NCBI GenBank assembly: GCA_041666265.1
Contig: JBAYHH010000004.1
Location: 1-63,805 of the forward strand
DNA length: 63,805 nt
Source of the DNA: Candidatus Magasanikiibacteriota bacterium
Lineage (GTDB): Bacteria; Patescibacteriota; Patescibacteriia; Magasanikbacterales; GWA2-37-8
Direction: 5' to 3'
In this document: one piece after another, positions 1 to 9,467 of the stretch
Position numbering within the stretch: position 1 is the first letter of the stretch
Layout: each line of letters begins with the position of its first letter
The notes under the pieces: model-generated
What the model was told of the DNA's origin: nothing
Seen by the model: only the letters and a program-made list of their open reading frames with translations
Databases searched by the model: none
Translations under genes and position numbers: made by a program

Positions 1-489
1 ATCAGTATCAGCTTCATAACCGTAGTCAACTTTGAGTTGATAAATAATATCCTTAATTTCTTTGAGAATATCCCTAATTATAGGAACATCTGTTTCAGCA
101 TAAGTTGCGTATACAATTGACGGTTCGCTATCCTCGGTAATACTAGAATGAGCGATTCGTTCATTTCTACCATTAATTATAAAATCCATTTTACCTTTTG
201 TTTCTTCCACTTGTTTTTTGTAACAACCTTGTTTTGCGATGTCGGTGAGCTGACCAATAACATAAGAAATATTATTAGTGCCTCGGGTTGTGTCAAATAT
301 TTTTCCCAAGCTTAGCAGTGCTAAATATGCGTAATGATTACTGAAATCCCGCAATATTATTTGGTATCTCTTCAAAATCTCTACATGATATTTTTCAAAA
401 AAATATTCAGCTAATTCAAAATCAGTAGTCGCCTTATAGAGTTCCCTTTCGAGTATAGATATATATTTTTTGTCAATGAAATTCTTCAT
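1..489 (-). CDS. Partial CDS (3' end runs off the window): HEPN-like, AbiU2-type abortive-infection-like protein
   Basis: My own minus-strand translation: ATG at 489, open through base 1 (163 codons, MKNFIDKKYISILERELYKA...). It contains GRNERIAH, which fits the Rx4-6H HEPN pattern. The family call is from memory only. It is absent from the ORF track because it is truncated by the window edge. Confidence 0.4.
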   Translation of the reverse strand, partial: MKNFIDKKYISILERELYKATTDFELAEYFFEKYHVEILKRYQIILRDFSNHYAYLALLSLGKIFDTTRGTNNISYVIGQLTDIAKQGCYKKQVEETKGKMDFIINGRNERIAHSSITEDSEPSIVYATYAETDVPIIRDILKEIKDIIYQLKVDYGYEADTD

Positions 490-498
490 TTATGGATA

Positions 499-1119
499 TT
501 AATTTGTTATTAGATATACAACACTCATCCAAATCGATTTAAGCGCAAAAAATACCAATAATAAGGCAAAAACTTTAAAAATGGTTGATACTAAATTCTT
601 CTTTAAAAGCAGTGGGCGGAATTTAGAGAATACATAAGCTAAAAAGCCAGTCATTACTATCCAACCAAGTTCAAAGGCCAAGAGAAATAAAAATTGTCCA
701 CCCACTATCTGTTCTTTTAAAGCAAATGCTCTTGGCACACAAACTGTTAACCAAAAAATCCAAAACGCGCCGCTTAAAATGGTTAAAATAAATATTCTAT
801 AAAATGAGAATATTTCGCCGCGATCTTCACCAACTTTGTTTATCTTCCAAATATTGGAAGCGAGCCAAATTAAGAATATGGCCCCGGCTAAGGAAAGAAT
901 ATAAAAATATAATTGTGGTATTTGCAATGAAAACACCACTAGTAATATAGCAATAGCTACAATTACCTCCGCGGATAGTGCCCTAAAGATCACTTTAAAA
1001 CTCTTTTTGAACCCACCGTTCAGCACCTCAGTAAAAACTGCGGTCAGCATGGGGCCGGGTACGGCACCACCGATCAACCCGAGAACAAAAACTTCTAAAA
1101 TTTGACTAAATACTTTCAT
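499..1119 (-). CDS. LysE/RhtB-family amino-acid exporter
   Basis: 206 aa, about 6 TM segments. The N-terminal GLIGGAVPGPMLTAVF motif is typical of LysE-type translocators. Confidence 0.75.
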   Translation of the reverse strand: MKVFSQILEVFVLGLIGGAVPGPMLTAVFTEVLNGGFKKSFKVIFRALSAEVIVAIAILLVVFSLQIPQLYFYILSLAGAIFLIWLASNIWKINKVGEDRGEIFSFYRIFILTILSGAFWIFWLTVCVPRAFALKEQIVGGQFLFLLAFELGWIVMTGFLAYVFSKFRPLLLKKNLVSTIFKVFALLLVFFALKSIWMSVVYLITN

Positions 1120-1136
1120 AAAAGTTATGGCAACAT

Positions 1137-1979
1137 CTAAACAAAATTCATAAATACAATTCCCAAAATAATTAGGATTGTGCCAATAATTTTTTGAACT
1201 AATCGCTCTCGTTCTTTCAAAAAGCCAATACCCAAGATTACTCCAAACACCAGTGCGCTTTGAGTTACCGGAATCACTTTGGATACCTCGCCGGCTTTAA
1301 GGGCAAAAAACAAAAATAATTCAAACAAGCCAAACAAAGCACCAGATATTATCAACCCCCATTTATTGATTTTGAGTTCGTTAAAAATTTTCTTTCCATT
1401 AAATCCGAGCAGACCAAAACTGATTAGGCCTATTGATAGTAGTTCCAACGAAGCCATTGCTGTTTCGGAAAAGTCCACTACGGCATATTTAACAAAGAAA
1501 AACGCAATCACGGCGCACAAGGTACTAAATATTGTAATCCAAATACCAACAGACCAATGAATTTTGGCTTTTTCGTAAAGCATCACAATTACGCCGACAA
1601 TAATTAATATTACAGCTACTATCTTATATTGCGTGACCGCCTCAGAGAATAGTAATAAACCGCCAACCAATACAAAAATATGTCTGACCTGATTAGTGAT
1701 TTGATATACTGAAACATTAATTTTTTTCAACGCAATAAAAGTTAACCAATCGGATAAAAAAGCGAATATTACCACGCCTAAAAAGAACAGCCAAGTGATA
1801 TTGTGCTGTGGAAGATGAAAACCTGCCAATAATAACGGAAGTAAAACCAAACCGGAAATAAAATCATGAATGGCTGTAAAGGCCAGCGGATTGCCCTCTT
1901 CACGCAATACTAAACGAGCCACGACACGAGACAGGGCGAAGAATAAACCGGCAAGAAGTGAATATAATAACCAAGTCAT
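1137..1979 (-). CDS. EamA/DMT-family transporter
   Basis: 280 aa and about 10 TM helices arranged as two EamA-like halves. Confidence 0.75.
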   Translation of the reverse strand: MTWLLYSLLAGLFFALSRVVARLVLREEGNPLAFTAIHDFISGLVLLPLLLAGFHLPQHNITWLFFLGVVIFAFLSDWLTFIALKKINVSVYQITNQVRHIFVLVGGLLLFSEAVTQYKIVAVILIIVGVIVMLYEKAKIHWSVGIWITIFSTLCAVIAFFFVKYAVVDFSETAMASLELLSIGLISFGLLGFNGKKIFNELKINKWGLIISGALFGLFELFLFFALKAGEVSKVIPVTQSALVFGVILGIGFLKERERLVQKIIGTILIILGIVFMNFV

Positions 1980-2060
1980 AATAATGCTTATTATATTGGA
2001 ATTTTAGCATTATTATGGATAAAAGTAAATCTTTAAATAGTGCTACTTAAAAAGAAAATC

Positions 2061-2921
2061 TTAATTATAAGAATCAATCAAGCCGTCATTATTGTGATCG
2101 TAAAAACAAGATGGCGTGTAATTATGCCAGCACCACTGATACTGCGTGCCCGAGCCATAATTTGAGGGGTTAGCCGAATTAGGCAACCCTCTTTCCGCTT
2201 TCAACATATCCAAGCTCATACCGATCCAAATCTTGCCAGTGGCAACTTTTGTACAGTCTGTGTATGACCAGTCTCTGTGCTTATTGCATAATTTTCCTTC
2301 AGCGCTGGCGTTGTATTTTGCGCTTACCGTTTTATAATCCTCTTTGGATAATAAATATTTTGATTCAATCCAGCCGATATTTGATTCGCCCTCGGTATTG
2401 ATAAATTGGATGAGCGAATAATTAACATCATCGCTTTTTTCTTCCTTGTACACTGAAACTTTTTCACCACTATTTATATTACTTACTCTTTTAACGCTTT
2501 TATAATTATTCGCCATGGATTCATCGCTGAATGTAACTCCCGAAGCTATTAAATCAATCGCGTGGTCGGGTTCTATCAAATTTACGCCGATTTGATTGCT
2601 AAACAAAACCTGATCAAAGACATAGGCCTCTTTTTGGGGTTGGTTTAGTTTAATAAATTCCGCCAAGGCCTCAATTTTCTTTTTATTATCCAAAATGCTT
2701 TCCGCGGATTTTTCCTGCGACATTTGGTCTAACGCACTGTTAAATCCAACAATTAGAAAGGATACTATGGCAATCCACATAACTATTTTCTTAGCGCCAA
2801 ATTTTTTCTTTGGTTTTTCTTCTGTTGGCGCGGGCGTATTCGGGTTAGTATTTCGTTTACAATACTTGCAGACGATCGCATCGTCTAAAATTTCTTCGGC
2901 GCAAAATTGACATTTTTTCAT
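2061..2921 (-). CDS. Zinc-ribbon / single-TM / SH3b-like extracellular protein (hypothetical)
   Basis: The likely start is MKKCQFCAEEILDDAIVCKYCKR (a CxxC...CxxC zinc ribbon) at 2921 rather than the track start at 2987. A TM segment follows, then an SH3b-like GWIESKYL region and a Cys/Trp-rich tail. Confidence 0.6.
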   Translation of the reverse strand: MKKCQFCAEEILDDAIVCKYCKRNTNPNTPAPTEEKPKKKFGAKKIVMWIAIVSFLIVGFNSALDQMSQEKSAESILDNKKKIEALAEFIKLNQPQKEAYVFDQVLFSNQIGVNLIEPDHAIDLIASGVTFSDESMANNYKSVKRVSNINSGEKVSVYKEEKSDDVNYSLIQFINTEGESNIGWIESKYLLSKEDYKTVSAKYNASAEGKLCNKHRDWSYTDCTKVATGKIWIGMSLDMLKAERGLPNSANPSNYGSGTQYQWCWHNYTPSCFYDHNNDGLIDSYN

Positions 2922-2989
2922 ATTGAATAAAATTAAAAATAAAAACCGACTTTTTATAAGCCGGCGTAGAGAAACACAAAACCCCACGC

Positions 2990-3235
2990 TAGCTAGGCCT
3001 TGCGGCCATATACCCGTTTCCAGGTATAACCCAATGACGAGTCGCTAAACGTGGAGTTTAGTGTCGTCATTGGGTTTTAAGCACCATGCCCAAAGGTTAT
3101 TTGGGTTTAGGCGCTCGGCCTTTCAGCCATAAATTGTCAATTACATTATAGCCCAGAATAGGGCCAAAAGTCCAGCCCATTGTAGCTTAGGTTTGGGGTT
3201 TTGCGAAGTCGAGTTACCAACAGCTGAAAGCCAAA
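2990..3235 (-). ncRNA. Candidate structured RNA / 5' leader (class unknown)
   Basis: A GC-enriched patch in AT-rich DNA with stacked hairpins: ggcc-ttgc-ggcc (2996-3007; a GCAA tetraloop if read on the minus strand), tatacc/ggtata (3009-3028), a 13-bp stem aacccaatgacga/tcgtcattgggtt (3028-3076) and cccaaa/tttggg (3089-3105). No credible ORF. Confidence 0.25.
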
Positions 3236-3818
3236 TTTAAATGGCTGTTTTAGGGGGGTGTGGATAACTTTTAGATATTTTTAGGCTATTTTGGTAAAAT
3301 TGGTATATCAAATTTTGCCTAATATTAGCCAAGAAAAAATTACAAAATAATAAGATTATAAAGTGCCAAAATGATAAAATATGGCTTAACTTAGCGGAAA
3401 TATTGACACAAAAATAGGTGGCTTGTATAATAGGGTTATATACTATATAGTAAATACGGTGAAAAATGATGCTAAACAACACTGGGCATCAAAAAGTAGC
3501 TATCCGATCTTTGACAACTAAACAATTCGTGCGAATTTTAACAGTACGAGTTGCAGTGTTAAATAGAGCCAAATTGACTTTGGTCAATTTACAATAATTT
3601 CAAGTATTTTGACTTTTGATAATCAGCTTGGAATTATAAGCATAAATTAAATTATATGAAACGATAGCTAAAATATATTTTATATTTTAGTGAGGCGTTT
3701 AACCCTTTGGGATAAATTTATGTTTGTAATTCAAAGCTGATTTTTTTATCAGCAACAATTTTTGCATAAATCCACTCCCACAAGGGGGTGGATTTTTATT
3801 CTTAACATATTTTGTCCT

Positions 3819-5102
3819 ATGAATGACAAAAATTTAAATCTGAAGATTGAGTATGTTCCAATCGACTCGCTACGATTGGCGCCGTACAATCCCAGATTGC
3901 ATATGCCAATAGCCATGGAACATTTGGATACTTCAATTGATAAATATGGACCCGTGGTTCCGTTACTAGTAAATAGTAATCCAAATCGCCAAGGAGTTAT
4001 AATCGGGGGCAACATGCGCTGGAAAGTGCTTAAAAAGCGTGGAGAGAAATTAGTGCCAGTAATTTTTATCGACATCCCTGACGAAGAACGCGAGCGAGAA
4101 TTAAATTTGCGGTTAAATGCTAACACGGGCGATTGGGATTATAATCTGCTTAAAGAGTTTAATGTAGATAAGTTATTAGAAATTGGATTCAACGAAGATG
4201 ACCTTGCTAAAATTTGGGACAATGCGTTGGATACAGAGAATGATAATTTCAATATCGAAGAAGAACTTGAAAAGGCACTGGAAACTGACATTCAAGTTGG
4301 TGACATGTTTCAAATCGGCGAGCATCGGGCATTGTGCGCGGATAGCACAGACCTAAATACTGTTCAAAGATTAGTTGGGGATATAAAAGTACCGCTGGTA
4401 TATTGCGATCCAAACTATAATATCGGTTGGCGGTATGCTAAGAAATCTGGCACAAATAAGGATTACGGCGGTTATAAAACCAACGACAATCGCACTAAGG
4501 CAGAATACACAGATTTTTTGCGTAAGACTATGAATAATGCTCTTTCTGTTTCTGCGACTAAAGCCCACTTCTTCTATTACTGTGATCCGAATTATATTGG
4601 TTTAGTTCAATCATTGTTTGAGGAGATTGGGTTAAAAAATCAACGAGTGTGCTTGTGGATTAAAGGACCATCAAATCCCACTCCTAAGACCGCCTTTAAT
4701 CGTGGGTATGAACCAGCCGTATACGCGACAAAAGGCTCTCCGTATTTATCCAAAGATGTTTTGGATATTAATGAAATACTAAATAAAGAAATCGGATACG
4801 GCGTCAGAACTATCGAAGATATCTTAGACACTTTTGATATATGGCTCTGTCGTCGTTTAGCCACCAATTCTTATTCGCATGCTACCGAGAAGCCGATTGA
4901 CTTGCATTTTAAGCCATTACGCCGTTGCACTCAGGTCGGAGATTATGTACTAGATTTGTTTTCCGGGAGTGGGAGTACCGCAATGGCTTGTGAACAACTA
5001 AAGCGTCGTGCCTTGGTCTGTGACCATGAACCTGTTTTTATCCAACTATTAATAAATCGTTATGAACAATATACAGGAATCAAAGCCAAAAAGATCAATT
5101 AA
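3819..5102 (+). CDS. ParB-like nuclease domain fused to a beta-class N6/N4 DNA methyltransferase
   Basis: The start MNDKNLNLKIEYVPIDSLRLAPYNPR is a ParB/Srx-like N-terminus. YCDPNYNIG is a DPPY-type motif IV. The later FSGSGST is AdoMet motif I, in the permuted beta-class order. Confidence 0.8.
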   Translation: MNDKNLNLKIEYVPIDSLRLAPYNPRLHMPIAMEHLDTSIDKYGPVVPLLVNSNPNRQGVIIGGNMRWKVLKKRGEKLVPVIFIDIPDEERERELNLRLNANTGDWDYNLLKEFNVDKLLEIGFNEDDLAKIWDNALDTENDNFNIEEELEKALETDIQVGDMFQIGEHRALCADSTDLNTVQRLVGDIKVPLVYCDPNYNIGWRYAKKSGTNKDYGGYKTNDNRTKAEYTDFLRKTMNNALSVSATKAHFFYYCDPNYIGLVQSLFEEIGLKNQRVCLWIKGPSNPTPKTAFNRGYEPAVYATKGSPYLSKDVLDINEILNKEIGYGVRTIEDILDTFDIWLCRRLATNSYSHATEKPIDLHFKPLRRCTQVGDYVLDLFSGSGSTAMACEQLKRRALVCDHEPVFIQLLINRYEQYTGIKAKKIN

Positions 5103-5841
5103 GCCAGGGAATATTTTTCGTCTAGGCGATCACATTATTGCCTGCGGTGACGCACGTGATAAAGATTTTGTCGCCAAAGTAATTGGGACGTTAAAAGTCG
5201 ATATGATTTGTTGTGATATTCCGTACGGCATATCAGTTGTCCAGTCAAAAGCTGGATTTCAACAATCATTATCTAAACCTAAAGATATTGCCAACGACCA
5301 ATTCCAGTCAGATGAGGAATATAAAAAATTTAATTACGATTGGTTAATGGCAATTCGGCCACACTTGTCCCCCAAAAATGCGGTGTACGTCTTCAATGCC
5401 GACAAGATGGTGTTTGCGCTCAGAGAAGGATTGATTTCGGCTGGGTATAAATTTTCTCAATTACTCATCTGGGTAAAATCTCATGCCGTCATCGGGCGGT
5501 TGGATTACTTGCCACAACACGAAATTATTTGTTATGGCTGGTTTGGTACGCACAAATTCTACAAGGAAACTGATAGGAGCGTATTGTTTTGTCCCAAACC
5601 TAGTAAAAGCAAATTGCATCCAACGATGAAGCCAATTTCATTATTACGTCGTTTAATTCTCAATAGTACAAAAATGAATGACGTGATTTATGATGGTTTT
5701 CTCGGGAGTGGGAGCCTAACAATAGTGGCAGAGCAAACTGGGCGTCGCAGTATCGGGATTGATATTGATCCTGAATATTGTGAAACCGCCATCGCCCGTT
5801 GGGAACGCCTTACCAATAAAGAGGCGGAATTAATTTTTTAA
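5062..5841 (+). CDS. DNA methyltransferase (beta-class N6/N4, stand-alone)
   Basis: CCDIPYGIS (motif IV) followed by FLGSGSLTIVAEQ (motif I). Overlaps the upstream methylase gene by 41 nt. No cognate endonuclease is seen. Confidence 0.8.
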   Translation: MNNIQESKPKRSIKPGNIFRLGDHIIACGDARDKDFVAKVIGTLKVDMICCDIPYGISVVQSKAGFQQSLSKPKDIANDQFQSDEEYKKFNYDWLMAIRPHLSPKNAVYVFNADKMVFALREGLISAGYKFSQLLIWVKSHAVIGRLDYLPQHEIICYGWFGTHKFYKETDRSVLFCPKPSKSKLHPTMKPISLLRRLILNSTKMNDVIYDGFLGSGSLTIVAEQTGRRSIGIDIDPEYCETAIARWERLTNKEAELIF

Positions 5842-5851
5842 TTTTATTATT

Positions 5852-6292
5852 ATGATCAAAGATAATGATGAGTTAAAACAACTTTTTCTTGACCAACTTA
5901 AAAAAACACCAGTGATACAGTTAGTATGTGAAAAAATTAATGTTAGTCGCGCCAGCTATTATCGCTGGCGCGACCAAGACCCAGAGTTTATTAAAGAAAG
6001 TGATGCGGCGTTAATAGAGGGTCGAGCGGTAATGTCAGACATTGCCGAAACTCAACTTTTGAATGCTATTCACAGTCAAAATTTGTCGGCAATCTTATTC
6101 TATCTTAAAACCCATAGTGAAGTATATTCACCTAAATTACAACTATCAGGTAAGTTAGAAATAAAAGACAAGCCAATACCGCCAGAACAAATGGCGATTA
6201 TTCGCAAGGCAGTAGAACTGTCGGGAATAAAATTTAATAATGACAAAACACAATCATATGACACCAACAATACCCAACCAGAATCAAAATAA
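5852..6292 (+). CDS. Terminase small-subunit-like HTH protein
   Basis: 146 aa with an HTH (INVSRASYYRWRDQDPEF), immediately upstream of and overlapping TerL. Confidence 0.5.
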   Translation: MIKDNDELKQLFLDQLKKTPVIQLVCEKINVSRASYYRWRDQDPEFIKESDAALIEGRAVMSDIAETQLLNAIHSQNLSAILFYLKTHSEVYSPKLQLSGKLEIKDKPIPPEQMAIIRKAVELSGIKFNNDKTQSYDTNNTQPESK

Positions 6293-7862
6293 TGGCAACA
6301 GTGATGAGTTGTCTCAAATTTTGGCTAATCGTACTCTACGCAAAGAATTAGTACGCCGAAGCTTCTTGTGGTTTGAAATAATATATTTTAGCGAATATAT
6401 TAAATATCCAACGGCCGATTTCCAAAAGGAAATGATGACACTATGTGAGGATGATCAGGTTCCCTTATTAAACATTATTGCCATGAGGGCGTGTGGCAAA
6501 ACATCCATAATTGGACAAGCCTACCCAATTTGGTCAATAATTTCCGAAAGAAAAAAGTTAGTTGTGATATTTAGAAAAAATTTAGAAATGGCAAAAAGTC
6601 ATTCCGATGACCTTGTTAGAGAATTTGAACAAAACGAGTTACTCAAGAATGATCTCGGGCCTTTTCGTAGAGAAGATCAAAACAGCGGTTGGCGTGCATG
6701 TTCGCTTTATCTTCCGAAATATGACGCCAAAATTGTTGTCGTTTCTATGGAACAGGCCATACGTGGAATAAAATTCGGACATGAAAGACCAGATGTTATA
6801 ATTTTAGACGATGTTGAGGATATTGCTTCGGTTAAAACACCAGAAGCACGAAAAAAATTATTTCAAATTTTCTTTGGAGACATCAACCCCATGGGCCAAG
6901 AAAATACCAAAGTAATTTTAACTGGCAACCTTTTACACGAGGAATCGTTAATGTCACAAATAAAAGAAAAAATTAACAGTGGTGAGTTGGCAGGAATCCA
7001 TAGAGAATATGCTTTATTGGATGACAATAACAATATAATTTGGCCAGGAAAATATCCTGACATGGAAGCAGTGGAAAGGGAGAAAAAACGTATTGGAGAT
7101 CGTATAACATGGAATCGTGAATTCCTATTATTACTTACGCCCGATGGCCAGCCAATAGTCGATGCCACATGGATAAAAACCTACAGCAAAATACCAGATA
7201 GGAATTATTACAATAATTATCGCTATACAGTAAACGGCGTTGACTCTGCCATATCGGAAAAGTCAACGGCCGACTATACTGCCATAGTTACTTTTGATGT
7301 TTTTGGCTCAGGTGAAGACCTTAAAATATACGTTAGAGCCAACCCATTTAATGCACAAGTTGGTTGGAAAGACACAAAGGCTGTAATAGTCGAGATGGAT
7401 AATACTATGAACTCTCGGAAATATAATGAATTTGTGATTGAAGATGTTGGGTACCAACGAGTGCTTGCTGACGAACTAAGACAAACATATAATATAAATG
7501 CTATTCGGAAACCTGTTCATGCTTGTAAGGCCGACAGATTGAGAGTAGTAACACATTTAATTGAGGATGGAAAAATTTTATTTCCAGAAAAAGGCGCTGA
7601 AGACTTAATTAAGCAACTTATATATTTTGGATCATTGAAGCATGATGATTTAGTTGACGCATTTTCTTTGGGGATTAGCCACATCATGGAACAAAAGAAC
7701 TATTCCCGTAAAGCCGGTGTCCTTTCTGCCGAGTATTATGCAACACACAAATCATATGATGACATGACCGAAGATGAGAAGGTTGAATATCGCAACAAAA
7801 AGGCATTTGAAAATAAAATGCTTGTAATAAAAATGAACAAGGAAGGGTACTTCTTAAGATAA
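6240..7862 (+). CDS. Phage terminase large subunit
   Basis: Walker A MRACGKTS and Walker B VIILDDVED. The C-terminal RNaseH-like nuclease shows VNGVDSA...DYTAIV and HDDLVDAFS motifs. Confidence 0.8.
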   Translation: MTKHNHMTPTIPNQNQNNGNSDELSQILANRTLRKELVRRSFLWFEIIYFSEYIKYPTADFQKEMMTLCEDDQVPLLNIIAMRACGKTSIIGQAYPIWSIISERKKLVVIFRKNLEMAKSHSDDLVREFEQNELLKNDLGPFRREDQNSGWRACSLYLPKYDAKIVVVSMEQAIRGIKFGHERPDVIILDDVEDIASVKTPEARKKLFQIFFGDINPMGQENTKVILTGNLLHEESLMSQIKEKINSGELAGIHREYALLDDNNNIIWPGKYPDMEAVEREKKRIGDRITWNREFLLLLTPDGQPIVDATWIKTYSKIPDRNYYNNYRYTVNGVDSAISEKSTADYTAIVTFDVFGSGEDLKIYVRANPFNAQVGWKDTKAVIVEMDNTMNSRKYNEFVIEDVGYQRVLADELRQTYNINAIRKPVHACKADRLRVVTHLIEDGKILFPEKGAEDLIKQLIYFGSLKHDDLVDAFSLGISHIMEQKNYSRKAGVLSAEYYATHKSYDDMTEDEKVEYRNKKAFENKMLVIKMNKEGYFLR

Positions 7863-7872
7863 TATATCAAAC

Positions 7873-7904
7873 AAAACAGCCGGCGGGAAACCGTCGGCTG
7901 TTTT
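7873..7904. terminator. Bidirectional hairpin terminator
   Basis: aaaacagccggcgg-gaaa-ccgtcggctgtttt lies between convergent TerL and the minus-strand operon. Confidence 0.7.
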
Positions 7905-8009
7905 GATGGAGGGTGTGCTTTTTGTGCGTCATCTCAACCAAGCTGTTACAAATAATATCTCAGGTTAATCAGTCTCTAACTACTCAGTCACTTTTTCCAA
8001 GTACCCAGC

Positions 8010-8222
8010 TTATTTCTTTTTACGATTATACGGACTCTGATTGGTGGGGTGCAAGCTGACACCCAGTTCACTTGCTTTGTTGTATACCCCGCCCACCGGC
8101 CGACCCAATTCTAAACCAATAACACGCGTAGGCATATTTTGTTTAGCAAACTGTGCTAATTTTTTCTCTTCTTGTGGAGACCACTGTTTGCCAGCATTTC
8201 GAATATATTTTGGTGTACTCAT
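8010..8222 (-). CDS. Small hypothetical protein (possible Myb/SANT-like HTH)
   Basis: 70 aa (WSPQEEKKLAQFAKQNMPTRVIGLELGR); last gene of the minus-strand operon. Confidence 0.4.
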   Translation of the reverse strand: MSTPKYIRNAGKQWSPQEEKKLAQFAKQNMPTRVIGLELGRPVGGVYNKASELGVSLHPTNQSPYNRKKK

Positions 8223-8256
8223 ATTATTCTCAAAATAAAAATTATTTAATCGACCT

Positions 8257-8730
8257 TTAATAAATACTAACTGATACTGCGATCAATAAGCCAACAAAGC
8301 CCAAAAATAACAAAATACTTTGGGTTATTAATGGCCAAATTGGAGTATCTGTTTTATTCCCTTTAAACACACCCTCTTCAAACCCAATTGCTGAATCAGG
8401 CGAAATTTCCTCTACGGTAACTTTTCGCCATTCATTAAAAATTTTATAGTAATGGTCTGTCCATTTTTCAAAATGATTTTTTTCCAATAACATATGCACG
8501 GCTCCAAAAATCAAACTGATGATGACAAGTATTAATGAAATGATAAAAATAAACTTCATCTGATTAGACACTTCGTAAATTCTTATCAATGGTGACAAGC
8601 CGAAAACAACACTGGCAACTCCTGTTAAAAACCTGGAATATTCAGCTGTTTTTTCATTTGCTTGATCGCAAGCCCACCTCATTTGCTCACGACTAATATT
8701 AACATTTTCCTGAGCAGTTATTTTATCCAT
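8257..8730 (-). CDS. Hypothetical membrane protein (3 predicted TM)
   Basis: 157 aa with hydrophobic segments. A 4-nt gap separates it from the upstream ORF. Confidence 0.5.
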   Translation of the reverse strand: MDKITAQENVNISREQMRWACDQANEKTAEYSRFLTGVASVVFGLSPLIRIYEVSNQMKFIFIISLILVIISLIFGAVHMLLEKNHFEKWTDHYYKIFNEWRKVTVEEISPDSAIGFEEGVFKGNKTDTPIWPLITQSILLFLGFVGLLIAVSVSIY

Positions 8731-8734
8731 ACAA

Positions 8735-8917
8735 TTACTTTTTTCGATTAGTTATTGAACCGTTTGGTACCTTAGCTTTTTCTGATAATTTTGATATATC
8801 ACTGTCTGTGCTTCTTGGTCGTGAAATGAATTCTCCTGACCTGCTATCACGAACAGCACCTTTTGTTTCTTGAACGGTTTGTTTATGATTTTGAGATTGT
8901 ATTTTATTTTTACACAT
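8735..8917 (-). CDS. Small basic hypothetical protein
   Basis: 60 aa, tightly packed between the RloB-like gene and the membrane-protein gene. Confidence 0.3.
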   Translation of the reverse strand: MCKNKIQSQNHKQTVQETKGAVRDSRSGEFISRPRSTDSDISKLSEKAKVPNGSITNRKK

Positions 8918-8927
8918 AAATTATTTG

Positions 8928-9455
8928 TTATTTCCCCTCCATTATAGTGATAATTTTATTAAGAGTAGCAATGCCTCCCCTTTTATTTTCTAATACGTCC
9001 TTAGAAAATAATTTCTGATACTCACCCAACTCGCAACGTTTTTGCTTACTTATATATTTCGATTCAAATTCGCGCTTGCAATCATCTGAGTTGGTTTTAG
9101 GACATTGCCCTAAAATGCTTAATAGCAAGAATTCCAAACAGGGCGTATTTTCAATCAATTCAATCTTTCTTTTTTTCGCCTCTTGCCTTGCGTTCTGCAT
9201 TTCTCCCAAAGTTTTATCATTATCCAAAATAACTACTTTTCTATCAAATGCACCTAAAATTTTGGAAGCGTCAACCACGATATTTTTTGCGTCTCCTCCC
9301 TTACCCTTTCTTATGGTGATAGCCACATTGCAATCCTGTGAATATAGTCCTTTTAAATATTTAAGAAACATTTCTTCACCTAACCCCTCACCAAAAATCA
9401 AAAGGGTTTTATTGGCTTGGCGACGCTTTAATTTATACGGATTTGTGCGAGACAT
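8928..9455 (-). CDS. RloB-like (Toprim-fold) protein, AbiLii-like
   Basis: The N-terminus KRRQANKTLLIFGEGLGEEMFLKYLKGLY resembles the RloB 'ILIVCEGEKTE..YF' start. VVILDNDK is an acidic DxD-like patch. It lies 12 nt downstream of the ATPase gene. Confidence 0.5.
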   Translation of the reverse strand: MSRTNPYKLKRRQANKTLLIFGEGLGEEMFLKYLKGLYSQDCNVAITIRKGKGGDAKNIVVDASKILGAFDRKVVILDNDKTLGEMQNARQEAKKRKIELIENTPCLEFLLLSILGQCPKTNSDDCKREFESKYISKQKRCELGEYQKLFSKDVLENKRGGIATLNKIITIMEGK

Positions 9456-9467
9456 ATGGGTTGGATA

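Noticed and set aside
3259-3270. Replication origin (oriC) suggested by perfect DnaA boxes
   Set aside because: The boxes are single or paired and scattered over 58 kb. They are not clustered with an AT-rich unwinding element, and no dnaA/dnaN gene is nearby. They are reported instead as a dispersed operator-like motif.
3237-3482. 81-aa minus-strand ORF in the 2.9-3.8 kb gap, and the alternative-frame ORFs at 17362-17750
   Set aside because: These are AT-rich or low-complexity frames (Ile/Phe/Asn-rich, or Lys/Phe runs opposite the Lys/Glu-rich Rep N-terminus). They have no start context or domain signal.
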